This document shows positions 26,390 to 40,883 of a DNA stretch of 64,000 nt, one piece after another. The translations under genes were made by a program, and so were the position numbers. Within the stretch, counting starts at the first letter, position 1; each line of letters starts with the position of its first letter. Below the pieces are notes generated by a model. That model did no database searches. It saw only the letters and a list, made by a program, of their open reading frames with translations, and was not told where the DNA came from. The stretch is from Octopus sinensis. Lineage: Eukaryota. The stretch covers positions 49,848,001-49,912,000 of the forward strand of contig NC_043004.1 of NCBI RefSeq assembly GCF_006345805.1. Direction: 5' to 3'.

Positions 26390-26873
26390 TTTAAAGCCAT
26401 GGGTCCGGTTTCCCGGTTTCAATGGCGTATGTGATTCCCCACCTGGACGGGACGCCAGTCCATCGCAGCGTTATTCATTTTTGCCAGCTGAGTGGACTGG
26501 AGCAACGTGAAATGAAGTGTTTTGCTCAAGAACACAACGCATCGCCCGGTCCAGGAATGGAAACCACAATCTTACGATCATGATGCTGACACACTAACCA
26601 CTAAGCCACGCGCCTCCACAAATAAATGTTCCTTCTCGAGCCACGCCAGGCTCATAAGGGCCGGTTTCCCGATTTCAGTGGCGTAGAAATTTCCCACCTG
26701 GACGGGACGCCGGTCCGTCGCAGGATTACTCATTTTTGCCAGCTGAGTGGACTGGAACAACGTGAAAATGAAGTGCTTTGCTCAAGAACACAATGCATCG
26801 CCCGGTCCAGGAATAGAAACCGCAACCTTACGATCATGAGTTCAACACCCTAACCACTAAGCCACGCGCCTCC
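26390..26873 (-). mobile_element. Two head-to-tail copies of SINE family C (V-SINE-like core GCGATGGACTGGCGTCCCGTCCAGG)
   Basis: tRNA-like heads GGAGGCGCGTGGCTTAGTGGTTAG with 5' ends at 26617 and 26873; bodies colinear. Confidence 0.85.
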
Positions 26874-27099
26874 ACCTATATACATTATAATAACTTTATA
26901 ATAACTTTGAGTGCAAGTAACAGTATACTAATATTATTCCAGAAGTTTTGATACTTTTTTTAGAAGCAATTATAACTGTCCTAGATTATGTAATTGTTGT
27001 TTATCACTACTATACGTCTAATAAGCTGACCTGCCAACTTTTGTCATCGCAGAAACAATCTTAACAGCACTTTGAGCACATCCTACTAAACACAGCTTG

Positions 27100-27740
27100 C
27101 CTCAGCTGACGAGTTTGCAGAATGCAGCCGGGACTTGAAGACAATTTGGAAGCAAGCTGTTCAATGAAATTTTACGTTAAACTGGGGGGGAAAAATACTC
27201 TAGACATGTGAAATACTCCAGATTGCTTATGGATTGATTTGTGTGGGCCAAGCATCTGTTTTTTGCAGGCACAAGAAGCCAGGCAAAGTAAGTTTACCGG
27301 GAAACACACGATGATACCTTTTTCAACAGCAAGAGCATCATCAACATCAACTGGGTTCCCTCTGACCAGACAACAAAGAGTACTTTACGGAGGTTTTGAG
27401 AAGAAATTTCGTCGTAACCAGGACAATGCAGTAGTCCACAGTTCTATACTGGTAATCTACTACTTGTCAGAGATGGACATCAAAACTCTCCCTCACCTTC
27501 TTACAGCTCAGTGACTTTTAGTTGTTCCCTAAGCTCAAAAAGATGGAGGAGGCTGTGACCAGGTTCTTAGACACCTTCACTTTGGAAGAATTCCAAGGGG
27601 CCTTCACAAAGTGGTTGGAGTGCTACAACAAATGCATTGAAGCTAGAGGATTCTACTTTGGAGACAAGAGTGTTGCACTTCGTCGAAATTAATAAATGTC
27701 TTTCCTGAAAAAGTCTCAAAACCACTGGAATGCATCTTGT
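27100..27740 (+). mobile_element. Decayed mariner, C-terminal part
   Basis: LFPKLK...EEAVTRFLDTFTLEEFQGAFTKWLECYNKCIEARGFYF resembles the mariner C-terminus. Confidence 0.65.
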
Positions 27741-27999
27741 GCAATTCATGGAATATTTTAAAATCAAAAATAATTAAAATAATTTTTTTTATAAAATTGA
27801 GCATGGGCCAGATGAAACATTGCTGTGAGTCACCTGATACACCTGGTCTAATAATTCTAGTCTATATCACTCTTTGGTGGGTCAAGTTTCTTTTCTCTGG
27901 CATCAATTTCATTTCAGAATTCTTAGGGACAAATCAAATTTTGTCTCTCCGATCAGGCTTGCTGACAGATGTTTTAGCCTAGTCGTTTACAACATATCG

Positions 28000-28720
28000 C
28001 AGAAATGGTTATCCCCGTTCGGTCGCCAGCTCTTCTTGTAAGTCATATTGAAGCAAGTGTCATTTCCATTTCGTGTTCTAATTTCATCTCTTCATTGGTG
28101 TCAAGGATTTTTTCTGTGTCTAGCATGCAGGTTTAGCTGGCTCTTGGTTATTGTGCTTTTTACGTATGTTGTAAGCGACTTTAGATTAGTTGATGATAGA
28201 TCCAATAGTTAGGGTTACGTAGTTAGGAGTACGTAGTTAGGAGTAAATATCACTTTCTTGTTATGGATTTCCATTTCCCCCCGCTTCTGGATCGATGAGA
28301 ACATCCAGGTCGGTTTTCTGCTTGATTATGATGTTTGTCAATATTAGTTTAAACTTATTCCACTGAATTAGAAGCTTTCTTTTGGAGTCACAACACCAAA
28401 CACCATGCTTTCCCATATTCATGATCCACTTTCTGGAGTTTTTCTCATCATGGCATTGAAGTTTCCTAAAAGTAGTAGTTTATATGGTCAAAAGATGAAT
28501 GTAGTCTATAGCCTTGTTACTTACTGATGTAGACATTCCAGTAAGTCGTGGCACTGTGTTCTTCCTTATAGCGAATCCAACTAATGATTCTCAGTTCCTC
28601 CAAAAGAATAGGCATTACATTTCATTAAGGTTATCTAAGTTTAAAAATCTTGCTCTGTATCGTACAATCGAATCGTATCCAAAATGTACGTTGAGTTACG
28701 ACCAAAAGTTTTTTGATTTC
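28000..28720 (-). mobile_element. RTE-like LINE AP-endonuclease relic
   Basis: Minus strand: FFW...VGFAIRK, KLLLLGNFNA, GKHGVW, KLILTNI, PTWM match APE motifs (GVGFAI, LLGDFNA, LxITNT, TWxHP). Confidence 0.65.
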
Positions 28721-29032
28721 GAGTAGAATTTTCATTGCTGAGGGCAATCCTAATATTTCTATGCGAGCTTTGGTGATCTGTGAGTCAATGAATCGATGTT
28801 AATATGCGTCTAAATGTGCAATCACTATACAAATCAAGAGACTATTATTGATATCACCACCTCCTTAAGCTAGGACACCATGCTACTAGTACTTTTAAAA
28901 TCACACCCAAGAACATGCTACGCCTCACAATTACGAAAGATGCTTCCCAGTAAGCAACAGGTCCATAGATAGATAGACTGATGCACACACACACACATAC
29001 ACTCACATATATATTGCTCCATTTTCTTATTG

Positions 29033-29065
<33 letters not shown>

Positions 29066-29086
29066 TCTCTATATATCTATATATAT

Positions 29087-29123
<37 letters not shown>

Positions 29124-29472
29124 CTCATTGTCCTGTACTCCCCTTTTTTTCTTGTCCTGCTCCTTGGTTTGTGTCTTGTTTTTCGTCTCTCTATGTGTTC
29201 GACGTCTTTTTGGTGTCCTGTACACATATATGCGTGTATATGTACATGTAGAGGTAGGTACGTACATATATGTTTATATATATGCATATGTTCTTTTATT
29301 AACTTATATATATATATATATATATATACCAACCACATGGTTCCGGGTTCAGTCCCACTGCATGGACATACATACATACATACATACATACATACATACA
29401 TACATACATACATACATACATGCCTGCATGCATGCATGCATACATACATACATACATACATACATACATACA

Positions 29473-29506
<34 letters not shown>

Positions 29507-30022
29507 CATACATATTTTAGTACTGTCGACACCATCGGATTGAATGGGACTACCTAGATGTCGAAACCATTGTGATAACCGTGGGGCAGCTGATGATGGA
29601 GGTATGTTGGATTGTCGTTATAGCTGTTATTGCATGTGCGGAATAGTTTCATTATGCATCAATTTACATACTTACATACGTACGTATGTACATGCTTGTA
29701 TATATAATTATACATACAGACATGCAAACAAACATGATTTGGTAGCTTGTACCACGCTTTCTTTAATTATTTGAGGTTCCTATGTTATCATAATTAGAAA
29801 TAAACACGTTCTCGGCTTTTCCACTGTTGGCCCAGCGGAACACAATAGATATATAAGCTGGAGAGATTAAGTACTGCACCGGCATTAGACTGGTATTCAT
29901 GTACAACTGTAAGGACGGGAACACCGTGAAATGAAGTGTATTGCTGGAAGACACAAGGTGCTGTTCTGTCTAGGAATCGAACAACATTCCTACGATCGTA
30001 AGCCCAACTTCAAACCGCTATC

Positions 30023-30024
<2 letters not shown>

Positions 30025-30054
<30 letters not shown>

Positions 30055-30600
30055 TGTATGTATGTATGTATGTATGTATGTATGCATGCATGTATACATG
30101 CATGCATGTATGTATGTATGTATGCATGTATGTATGTATGTATTTATGTATGTATGTAATGCATGTATGCATGCATGCATGCATGCATGTATGTATGTAT
30201 GCATGTATGCATGCATGTATGTATGTATGTATGTATGTATTTATGTATGTATGTATGTATGTATGTATGTATGTATGTATGTATGCATGTATGTGTGTAT
30301 GTGTGTATGTAATGTATGTATGTATGTATGTATGTATGTATTTATGTATGTAATGTATGTATGTATGTATGTATGTATGTGTGTATGTGTGTATGTGTGT
30401 ATGTGTGTATGTATGTATGTATGTACGTATGTATGTATGTATGTATGTGTATGTATGTATGTATGCATGTGTATGTGCGTATATATGCATGTGTATGTGC
30501 GTATATATGCATGCATGTGCGTATGTGAGTATGTATGCATATATGTGTATGTGTGTAGTCGCTTTTGTGTCTATGTAATGTGTGTGTGTGTGAGTGTGTG
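30025..30600. repeat. Long (TATG)n/(CATG)n/(TG)n array
   Basis: Direct reading, about 575 bp. Confidence 0.95.
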
Positions 30601-31129
30601 TGTGGTCAACTTTGCTGGTTATCCTTTAGGAATCGATAACTGAAATAGCAATATAGGGTGATAGATTTGTTGAAAGAGATGCCTTGTGGTATTCGGTTCA
30701 GGAGTGTGCATTCTAAATTACATTCTCATCTATTGTCACTGAACAAACAGCAAAGGAACAAAAGATGATACTTTTGGGAAGTATTTTAGCAAGGGTCCGA
30801 GTATTTCTGCTGATAACTTTCAATGCTAGATCACAAACTAGAAGGTAAGAAATGTTCTCTGTTCCTCAGAGTTTGTTGGTTTTGTGAGTACGCGTTCACC
30901 CGACGCACTTGTCTCTCACTCAACGGACAACAGATATGCATGTATGTATGTATGTATGTATGCATGCATGCATGCATGTATGTATGTATGTATGTATGTA
31001 TGTATGCATGCATGCATGCATGCATGCATGTATGTATGTATGTATGTATGTATGATGTATGTATGTATGTATGTATGTATGTATGTATGTATGTATGTTT
31101 GTAAGTATATACATTCATATCTATTCTAC

Positions 31130-31184
<55 letters not shown>

Positions 31185-31274
31185 TCTATCATAGATAGAT
31201 AGACTGATGACACACACATACACCCGCATATATATTGCTCCATTTTCGTTTTGCTCTCTCTCTATCTATCTATC

Positions 31275-31344
<70 letters not shown>

Positions 31345-31356
31345 TCTATCTATCTA

Positions 31357-31427
<71 letters not shown>

Positions 31428-31434
31428 ATATATA

Positions 31435-31484
<50 letters not shown>

Positions 31485-31566
31485 TCTCTGAACGAGGTAT
31501 AAACAGTAACTGCACGACAATGTTTACCTCACACACACACACACATGTATATATATATATATATGT

Positions 31567-31724
31567 ATACCAACCACGTGGTTCCGGGTTCAGTCCCACT
31601 GCATGGCACCTTGGGCAAGTGTCTTCTACTATAGCCTCAGGTCAACCAATGCCTTGTGAATGGATTTGGTTGAGGGAAACTGAAAGAAGACCATCATACA
31701 TGCATACATACATACATACATACA

Positions 31725-31759
<35 letters not shown>

Positions 31760-32155
31760 TATATATATGTATTATATACCTATTATATACGTTATTATTA
31801 TTATTTTTGCAATTTACTTAATCTTCACATTTTATTGTTATTTTAATTTTAACTTTTCTATTATATGTAATGTTCTAGATGGTGTAATTTAATTGTTCAT
31901 TTTGAATTGATAAAAATTGTTTTTTTTCTAATTTTATATATATGTGTGTGTGTGTGTGTGTCTGTGATTGTCCCCACCAACATCGCTTGACAACCGATGC
32001 TGGTGTGATTACGTAACCGTAACTTAGCGGTTCGGCAAAAGAGACTGATAGAATAAGTACTTGCCTTACAAAGAATAAGTACTGGGGCGCGATTTGCTCG
32101 ACTAAAGGCGGTGCTCCAGCATGGTCGCAGTCAAATGACTGAGACAAATAAAAGA
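31567..32155 (+). mobile_element. SINE family A split by ~245 bp of internal simple/AT-rich sequence
   Basis: 5' half at 31567-31700 and 3' half at 31945-32155 in the same orientation. Confidence 0.8.
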
Positions 32156-32157
32156 AC

Positions 32158-32194
<37 letters not shown>

Positions 32195-32217
32195 ATATAT
32201 ATAGATATATATATAGA

Positions 32218-32254
<37 letters not shown>

Positions 32255-33835
32255 GGGAGACTCTTCTTACATTATAAGAAATAGCTAAATCATTTAGCTG
32301 CTATTTCTAAAAGTTCGGTGTGTGGTAAAGCAAAGTCTTTTTTTTTGCTGAACCTTAATTATATAAAGTATATATATATACATACATATCTACTTACATC
32401 TCCATTGATGTGTGTGTGTATGTTTGGGTGTGCGTGTGCGCAGTGTGTGTGTGAATCAGCAGTTATCGAACGGCTTGTCAATACCCACGGGTTCGTCGCA
32501 GAGGTATCAAGAGGCACCGATTATCTTTTAAATGAAATTTTAGCTTCTATTAACACTATGGCGTTGCTTGGATGGCTCGAAAAACGTGTTTGTCATATAC
32601 GTGTGATTAATAAAACCTGGTGATATACTATTTTGTTTTCTATGTCTTTCTTTGCAAGCCTTTAACTTTTTAGAACGATTCTTCTTTGATTTTTACTTTC
32701 CATGCGAATTGGGCCAATATTTTTTTAAAATTTTAATCTCTTCTCCATTGCAAAATAGTTAACATTGCTTGTGGACCATTTACTTTAAATAAGATATAGT
32801 ATCGTAAATATGACATTAGAGTTATCTCCCTTCCATTATTGAAAGTTTTGCAAATTCATTTACACATTTTCTCTGTCCTCACCACGTTCTCACGCACTGT
32901 TTATGTCATTCTGTCACCTTGAATTGTCCTTTTACAAACAGTAATTATAATAATCATTCGTGACAAACACTAGGATATACACCTGGGCGGGAGAGAACTA
33001 ATCATTTAAATCAACTCTAGTCCTTAACTGCTATTTTTTTGTATCGTCCGCTGGGAGTATTAAAAGCAAAGTTGATCTCGGCCGGACTTGACTTCACAAA
33101 GTAATTGGAGTTAATTAAAATTATATTGAATCCAGCACGCTATCAATTTTGCGAACTTGCGATCGTTTTAAAGGATAAGATATCAGTTTTTTAAGAATAT
33201 TTTTTACATAGGTCTAAAGTAGCAAATTTAGATGATAAGGGTATATCCGATATCTTAACTTGAACAATCCCTTAGTTGATCGATTCAGTGGGTAGAAATC
33301 AAAGTCGATCCCAATTGAATTTGAAATCGAAAGCCAAGAATGTAAGGACATGAAACTAAAAATCTTGAAAGCGCCTTAGTGATTCTTCTGTATCAATACC
33401 ATTACCATCCTTCTTTGTCTAGTTGGCCTAAAGTTATTTGTAAAACAGTTGCTAAATGGACAGTGGTAACCATATTGGTTGAGGGCTTTTGTTTGTTTTT
33501 GTTGTTTTCTGACTCGAGACTTTTCATGGATTCTGTTACATGCTATTCTGACGTCATTGACAAAAATGAACGACCTGAACAATATAATTGAAGAACGAAG
33601 AATAAAGTGCTATAGTTTTTGTGTTAGAAATCAGATTAAATCAAGCATTGAACGGTATGTATATGTGTGAATATCAGTTATATGTATAAAATTAAATTAA
33701 TGATGGTGACGACGACGACGATGATGATAACATTGAAGTTGACGATGATGATGATTTCTTTTATAAGTTACATGGGCCTAAGATACTGGGGGTAATATAA
33801 AAACGATATATAAAACCTGTATATTATTATTATTA

Positions 33836-33915
<80 letters not shown>

Positions 33916-35051
33916 GGTAAACAGCACTAAAGAAAAGATAATTTGGTGTCCGTAGAGAATGTGAAATAAAAACGGTAAATGTTTCAGTGTTAAAATGATG
34001 AAGTTAAATTAAGACACAATGTAGCTGTTTTAATTTGTCACCTTCCTTTAATCAGTTCATTAGATAACGGATGCAGACCATTTCCTCGCTGTCTATCCTG
34101 TATCACGTATCACAGTGGGATGTTGTGAAGGTGTTATTTAACTCAACAGCCTGATCTATCTCACAGAATCCAATCGGCATGTATACAATAGATTTAATAG
34201 AAATGCTATAATTTTGTTTGAACATTTTTTTTTCATACATAGATTTTAGCTTTAGTTAGAAAATTTAAAATGAAAACAAAAACAACAACGGCCTGAAATT
34301 CTCCTCTGATTGGTCTATGTCTATGTCACGTGCCAACAAATAAAATCGCCATCAGCAATTATTCGCTACTTTCGAAAATTTCGCTGTTGCTCACGTGTCG
34401 ATCTATAGTGTGAAAACCACCCATGTTTTCTAAGTTATTTAACAAACACAGGGGTCGCGTGTGTTTTTGTTCCAAACTAATTGAACCACCTTTAGGCTGA
34501 AGAAAAAGTCAACAACAACATCGACAAAGACGGCGTCGACCACCACAACCTCAACAATAATGATAACAAAAATAACCACCGCAAAACAACAACAGCTTCT
34601 GCAACAACAACAAAAGCAACAAAAAATCGGCAGAACAATACAAAATGATGTGAAATAAATCCAAATGTTGTCTTGAATTAGAAACAGTTTGGAGGAAACG
34701 ATACTAATGGTGATATGTGGCCAGTCAGGAACAGAAGAAATTTTTACGTTTCGACTATCAATTTTCTTCCTAAGAACAAGAACCAAGTTCAAAACTGCAG
34801 TCTACAGATGTTAATTTTACCCAAGTGGTCTTTTATGTATGCATGCATCTATGTATGTATGTATGTATGTATGTATGTATGTATGTATGTATGTATGTAT
34901 GTAGTATGTATGTATGTATGTATGTATGCATGCATGCATGCATGCATGTATGTATGTATGTATCTATGGATGTATGTATGTATGTATGGATGTATGTATG
35001 TACGCACGCATGCATGCACGCATGCATGCATGCACGCACACACACACACAT

Positions 35052-35086
<35 letters not shown>

Positions 35087-35335
35087 CATATGTATACATA
35101 TACTTACATCTATCTATATATATATTATATACACATATTTATGTACATATGTATGTGTATGCATATACACATATATGTACACAAATATTTGTACATATGT
35201 GTGTGTGTGTAGACATGATTATGAAAGTATGTTTGTATGTATGTATGTATGTATGTATGTATATATATATATAAACATATATATATAAAATATATATTTA
35301 CGCACACGTTTGTTTGCATATACATGTACATATAT

Positions 35336-35381
<46 letters not shown>

Positions 35382-35384
35382 TAT

Positions 35385-35433
<49 letters not shown>

Positions 35434-35539
35434 CATACACACATATATACATACATACATACATGCATACCGTATATATATATATATATTGAATGTGTGT
35501 GTGTGTGTAGCATACACACACACGCACACATGTTATATT

Positions 35540-35769
35540 GTTATATTTCGGGATGGCTTTTTTGTTCCAAATTAACGCACGCACTGTAGATTAGTCCTTC
35601 AGTTCAGCTTTATTATTCTTGTTTTAGTGTCCTTTGTTTGGAAAGGATTCGTGACAAAAAAATTCTAAAAAAGACACTAAAATGAAAAGAATGATAAAGC
35701 TGAAGTGAAAGACTAGCATATAGTGCGTGTGTTTATTTGGAAAAAAAAACGACCGTCCCGAAATATAAC
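35540..35769. mobile_element. Degenerate fold-back (MITE-like) element
   Basis: Ends GTTATATTTCGGGATGG / CCGTCCCGAAATATAAC, with inner complementarity around a short loop. Confidence 0.65.
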
Positions 35770-35938
35770 TCTATTTGTTCCAACCTACAACTTCATATCA
35801 GGTCTCTTGCAAAATACATAAACTTCTGTATGTGTGTGTGTGTGTGTGTGTGTTTTTGTTGTTGTTGCGTGTGTGTATCCCTCTCTCTCTCTCTCTCTCT
35901 TATATATATATATATTATATATATATATATATATTTAA

Positions 35939-35987
<49 letters not shown>

Positions 35988-36827
35988 GCATGTGTTGTGT
36001 GCATATGTACTTACTTAACTTACGTATTCAAGTATGTATTCATGCATATATGCGGAACCTACATTCTGTTAAATACACTTATTCGAGGATCTGTTACATT
36101 AATCAATAATTTCTGGCTTTCGGTTACTGTCCTAGCTCTATTAAGGAGGCGCTGTTGTCCAGAGAAGTCTTCAGCTAAGACGTGGTTGAATATTTCACGG
36201 TCAAATAATTTACTTCAGTTCATGTTTCATGATGGCTTGGTGCAATAGTATTGTCTTGTACAATGCTGTAGTCATTTTGCTATTGAAAGAGATATGCTTT
36301 GGATTGTTCTCCTGGGAGATACGTTTGAGAGCTTTGTTCATATAATTAATACAGATTTGGCTTAGAGTGTCTCTGTTGCGTATGGACATACGTTTCATAA
36401 TCAGGATTGCTGATCGCAGCCTAGGAGTTTTCTGTATCTTTTGATCGGAAATCTCTCGTTCTTTGATCGGAAATCGTGATATTCAAAATGTGACATGTTG
36501 CCACAGTGGCAAGTCAAACAGACTTGAAACTCTGCCCCAGTCAATGTTTTTTCCCAGGTCTCTGTTGCGGTACGGTGATCCAACTTTTCTGAGGGCTGCA
36601 TGGAGCATTATTCAAAACTGAGTACTATTTGCTGAGTTTAGTTCACGCTTGAGCAATGATAGCTAGAAAGATAAAAAACCCGAACAACGATGCCCGCTAC
36701 CTGCTTGCCTATTTATCTTGTTGCCCGCTCTTCTGTTTTACTTTTCATATTCTTCCTCAATAGAGAAAGATTTATTTTCTCTGGAATTTAAACACCATTT
36801 TGATAATAATGTGAGGATGCATGTATG

Positions 36828-36861
<34 letters not shown>

Positions 36862-37124
36862 TGTATGTATGTGTGTGTGTGCATGTATGTATGTATGTAT
36901 GTATGTATGTGCGCATGCATATATGTATGCATAGATGTATGTATTTATGTATGTATGCTGTATGTATGTATGTATGTATGTGTGTGTGCATGCATATATG
37001 TATGTATATATGTATGTATTTATGTATGTATGCATGTATGTATGTATGTATGTATGTATGTGTGTGTTTGCATGTATATATGTATGTATGTATGCATGTA
37101 TGTATGTAGGTATGTATGTATGTG

Positions 37125-37455
37125 CTATAACGTGGATCCTCGTCCACTTTTATGTTATTGTCGGCACTGTAATACTCGTGTTGCCACTATTATGCTGTGG
37201 CGGCATTTTCCGCGTCTTATTATCTTTGACTCGTCTATCGCATTATCGCTGTTAGCTCCGCAAGACAGTGACTGTGAAATGTCTACTCTGATGGTAACTA
37301 GAACTCGTATATATCACGTAACTGACACTGACTCCAAACTGAGAACTCGCACAAAGACTCTCCTACTACTGACTCTCTACAACGACTGACTGCCAGACTT
37401 TATAGTGGCTGAGTCATACCACTTTCCCACGTAGGAAGGGCGTACCATTTTCCAT
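37125..37455 (-). mobile_element. Possible solo LTR fragment
   Basis: Minus strand has TATAAA followed by AGTCAGTC-type motifs, a CATAAAG signal and a ...GTTATAGCA end; embedded in TATG repeats. Confidence 0.35.
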
Positions 37456-38099
37456 GCATGCATGCATGTATGTATGTATGTATGTATGTATGTATGTATG
37501 TATGTATGTATGTATGTATGTATGTATGTATGTATGTATGTATGTATGTTTGCATGCATGTATGGATACGTGTGTATGTCTATACACATATATCTATGAA
37601 TGAGTACGAGTCATTCTGTGTGTAAATTTGTACAATTTGACTTATGTAAGCATACAATGACTTATCTTTTAATATAGCTATACATGCTTATTTAAAGACA
37701 AACAGGCAAAAATTCTTGGCTGTTTATATATTTTTACACTTCCGTTCATAGCTTTTACTTATATTTCTCTTGTAATTATCCATCTACTTTCTAGTTTTGT
37801 GAAGCAAAGCTTCTCAACATTAATACTTAGTCAAGTGTTACCAGTAGTCGCAGGTATATATTATTAATTAGTCTTAATGCAGTATTTAAAAAAAAATTAT
37901 GATTATCTTGTTCCAGTCATTGGACTGCAGCCTTCTGGGTACCGCCTAGGAGGACTTAGTTGAGCAAATGAATACATGTACATATATATTTTTAAAAGTC
38001 TGGTGCTTACTCTCTCGATCTCTTTTTCCGAACGACTATTTTACAGAGCCTCATATAGCAAGCTCTGGGTGTCTAGTTACAGTTACATTGAACTTTCGA

Positions 38100-38700
38100 G
38101 CAAAAAATGTCATACATAACATTCTGATGAGCATCGGGCAATATTTCCTCTAAAGTTTTATTGTAGAACAGCTGTGCAGCTTATTTCAGAAAATATATTC
38201 GTTGTAATCTGTCTGAGAATAGATTCGGAAGAGATCCTTTCCAACTCTCATATTGCCACTTAACTCAGGTATAGGGATTTATTGGAAGGGTGCATAAGTT
38301 TTTTAAAAACCTATTTGGCATCCAGCCGAGTATCCCAAATATTGATATGAGAACTGACTCTGTAAACACATTTGTATGCAGAGATCTCCGAGAATAATAT
38401 TTTTATCATCCGCATATAATATAGGCGTTGTTTGTTATAAATGCCTACATGATGTACATGAGAACATTCCAAATTGTATATCAAACTCAAACCATCGATA
38501 GAGATGTTGTGACAGTGGCTTGTAGTTTTTTCCTAACGATCAGTTAGGAACAATCATCTTGGCCAAATTCCATTTCTAAAACTTCTGAAAATATTGCAAT
38601 TAAGTCAAGGCGCTTCTTCGTATTCATATTTTTAGCATATACCTCCGAATTGTCAACAAAGAATCTATCGTCAAACAGCGTCAGGTTGGTATTCTGTCTT
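38100..38700 (-). mobile_element. Highly decayed R4/Dong-like RT relic
   Basis: AIFSEVLEMEFGQDDC (cf. FSxDIxMEFGxDKC); many stops. Confidence 0.5.
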
Positions 38701-38772
38701 CTTGTAAATCAATCACATCGACAAAAGAATAAGTTCACTGTCAGTATAAATAGTATTACAGAAAGTATATCA

Positions 38773-38834
<62 letters not shown>

Positions 38835-38874
38835 AACACACATGTATAAGTAAATGTATAGATACGTGTATATC

Positions 38875-39164
38875 ATGTAATCACGTGACCAACCAGACCA
38901 TCAGATGTTGTTACACATCGCTGGTCACAATGCGTTCGCATTGTTTTAGCCTTCGAATGACGCCACCCCGCTGGCTAAGCGAGCTGCCCAACAGAAGAAA
39001 GAGTGGTGAAAGAGTACAGCAGGGATCACCACCCCCTGCCGGAGCCTCGTGGAGCTTTTAGGTGTTTTCGCTCAATAAACACAAACAACGCCCGGTCTGG
39101 GAATCGAAACCGCGATCCTGCGACCGCGAGTCCGCTGCCCTAACCACTAGGCCATTGCGCCTCC
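38875..39164 (-). mobile_element. SINE family D, full length
   Basis: Head GGAGGCGCAATGGCCTAGTGGTTAGGGC...GGTTTCGATTCCC; tail ...CTGGTTGGTCACGTGATTACATGATA. Confidence 0.85.
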
Positions 39165-39641
39165 ATATACGTGTATATATGAATGGTTATATGGAAGGAT
39201 TGTTATGCGGATGCATGATTGTATGGATGCGAGGGTCGATGGATGATTTCTTTCTTTGTCCCGTTCGAAATGCCCGGAAAGGGTTTGTTGTTCTCATTGT
39301 TTGCAACATATCACGACATAGTTACACAAGAGCGTGACTGGTAAGTCGACAAGGACTTACTACAAAGGTACTTAAACATCCTCACGCCATACGTAAGCAG
39401 CGACAAACATCCGTACACCACCACGCACGAATAGGCATCACCACACCACAACACGCAACCACACAAACACAAAAACACATCATCATAGAACCACACTCAA
39501 CCACCATCACACCAACTTACATCGCCACCCACATTCGTTTTATGTACGAACAAAGCAAGAGGGTGGACAATAAGCGAGGGTGACAACGAAAAAGAGACAG
39601 TGTACGTGTGCGCGAATGTATGCTTTGTGTGTGGGTGTGTA

Positions 39642-39717
<76 letters not shown>

Positions 39718-40006
39718 GGAGAGAGAGAGAAAGGGGAGGAAAAAAGATAATTGTTATGACTGGTCCTATGGTAGACAAATACTTTACCCCGGGTTTTTAA
39801 GACACTAATTCCCCCTAACATTGCAACAACCCCCACCCACTGTTGTCCATTTAAAAAAAAATTAGACATCTAGATTTAGAATGTCTTGTAGAGTGGCTGA
39901 CTTCGGTTAGGTGTTGATGCCCGCTGGGGATAATTAATTTGGATAATGTAGGATAACGACATAAGTATTTTGAGCAACCAGTTTCAAGTGGTATAAACTA
40001 CTACTA

Positions 40007-40081
40007 CTACAACTGCTACTGCTGCTGTTGCTGCTGCTACCACTGTTGCTGCTGCTACCACTGTTGCTGCTGCTACCACTG

Positions 40082-40143
<62 letters not shown>

Positions 40144-40171
40144 ACCACTGTTGCTGCTGCTATCACTGCTG

Positions 40172-40253
<82 letters not shown>

Positions 40254-40285
40254 TGCTACCACTGTTGCTGCTGCTACCACTGCTG

Positions 40286-40371
<86 letters not shown>

Positions 40372-40373
40372 AC
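40007..40373. repeat. Compound (CTA)n/(CTG)n repeat with recurring GCTGCTACCACTGTT units
   Basis: Direct reading. Confidence 0.95.
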
Positions 40374-40619
40374 ATTTAAAATGCACATTATAATGACAAC
40401 AATGATAACAGCTGTAAAAATGTACAACAATAAAAAGGAAAGGAAATCGAGAAGGAAAAGTGAAGAGTCAGTAAGAACTCAGCAACGATCTTTTATTGGC
40501 CACAAGGGCACAAATCGGCGCTGACAGTCCAAAGGCGTAAAGAGAATAATAAAGAGACAATGTGGGGACGATAATCAGTGTTTCACTGTATCACTGTATC
40601 GACCAGAATATTGTATGTT

Positions 40620-40883
40620 ATTATACACCGCTGGTCACACTGCGCTTCCTTGCTTTGTTGTATCTTTCGAATGATGTCACCCCGATGACGAAGCAGGCAG
40701 GCCAAGAATCACTCTAAACAGAGTTACATTTTGTCGCAGAGTTATCCATTTACAGGTGAGGGGCCTGGAGTAATGTGAAATGAAGCGTTTTGCTTGACAA
40801 CACAACATACCGTGTGTCTGAGAATCGAAACCACGATCTTGCGGACCGTGAGTGCAACACTACCTACTAGGCCACGCGCCTTC
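40620..40883 (-). mobile_element. Diverged SINE with a family-C-like head and core and a family-D-like tail
   Basis: 40780-40883 aligns to family C; 40620-40700 aligns to 38910-38990. Confidence 0.65.
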
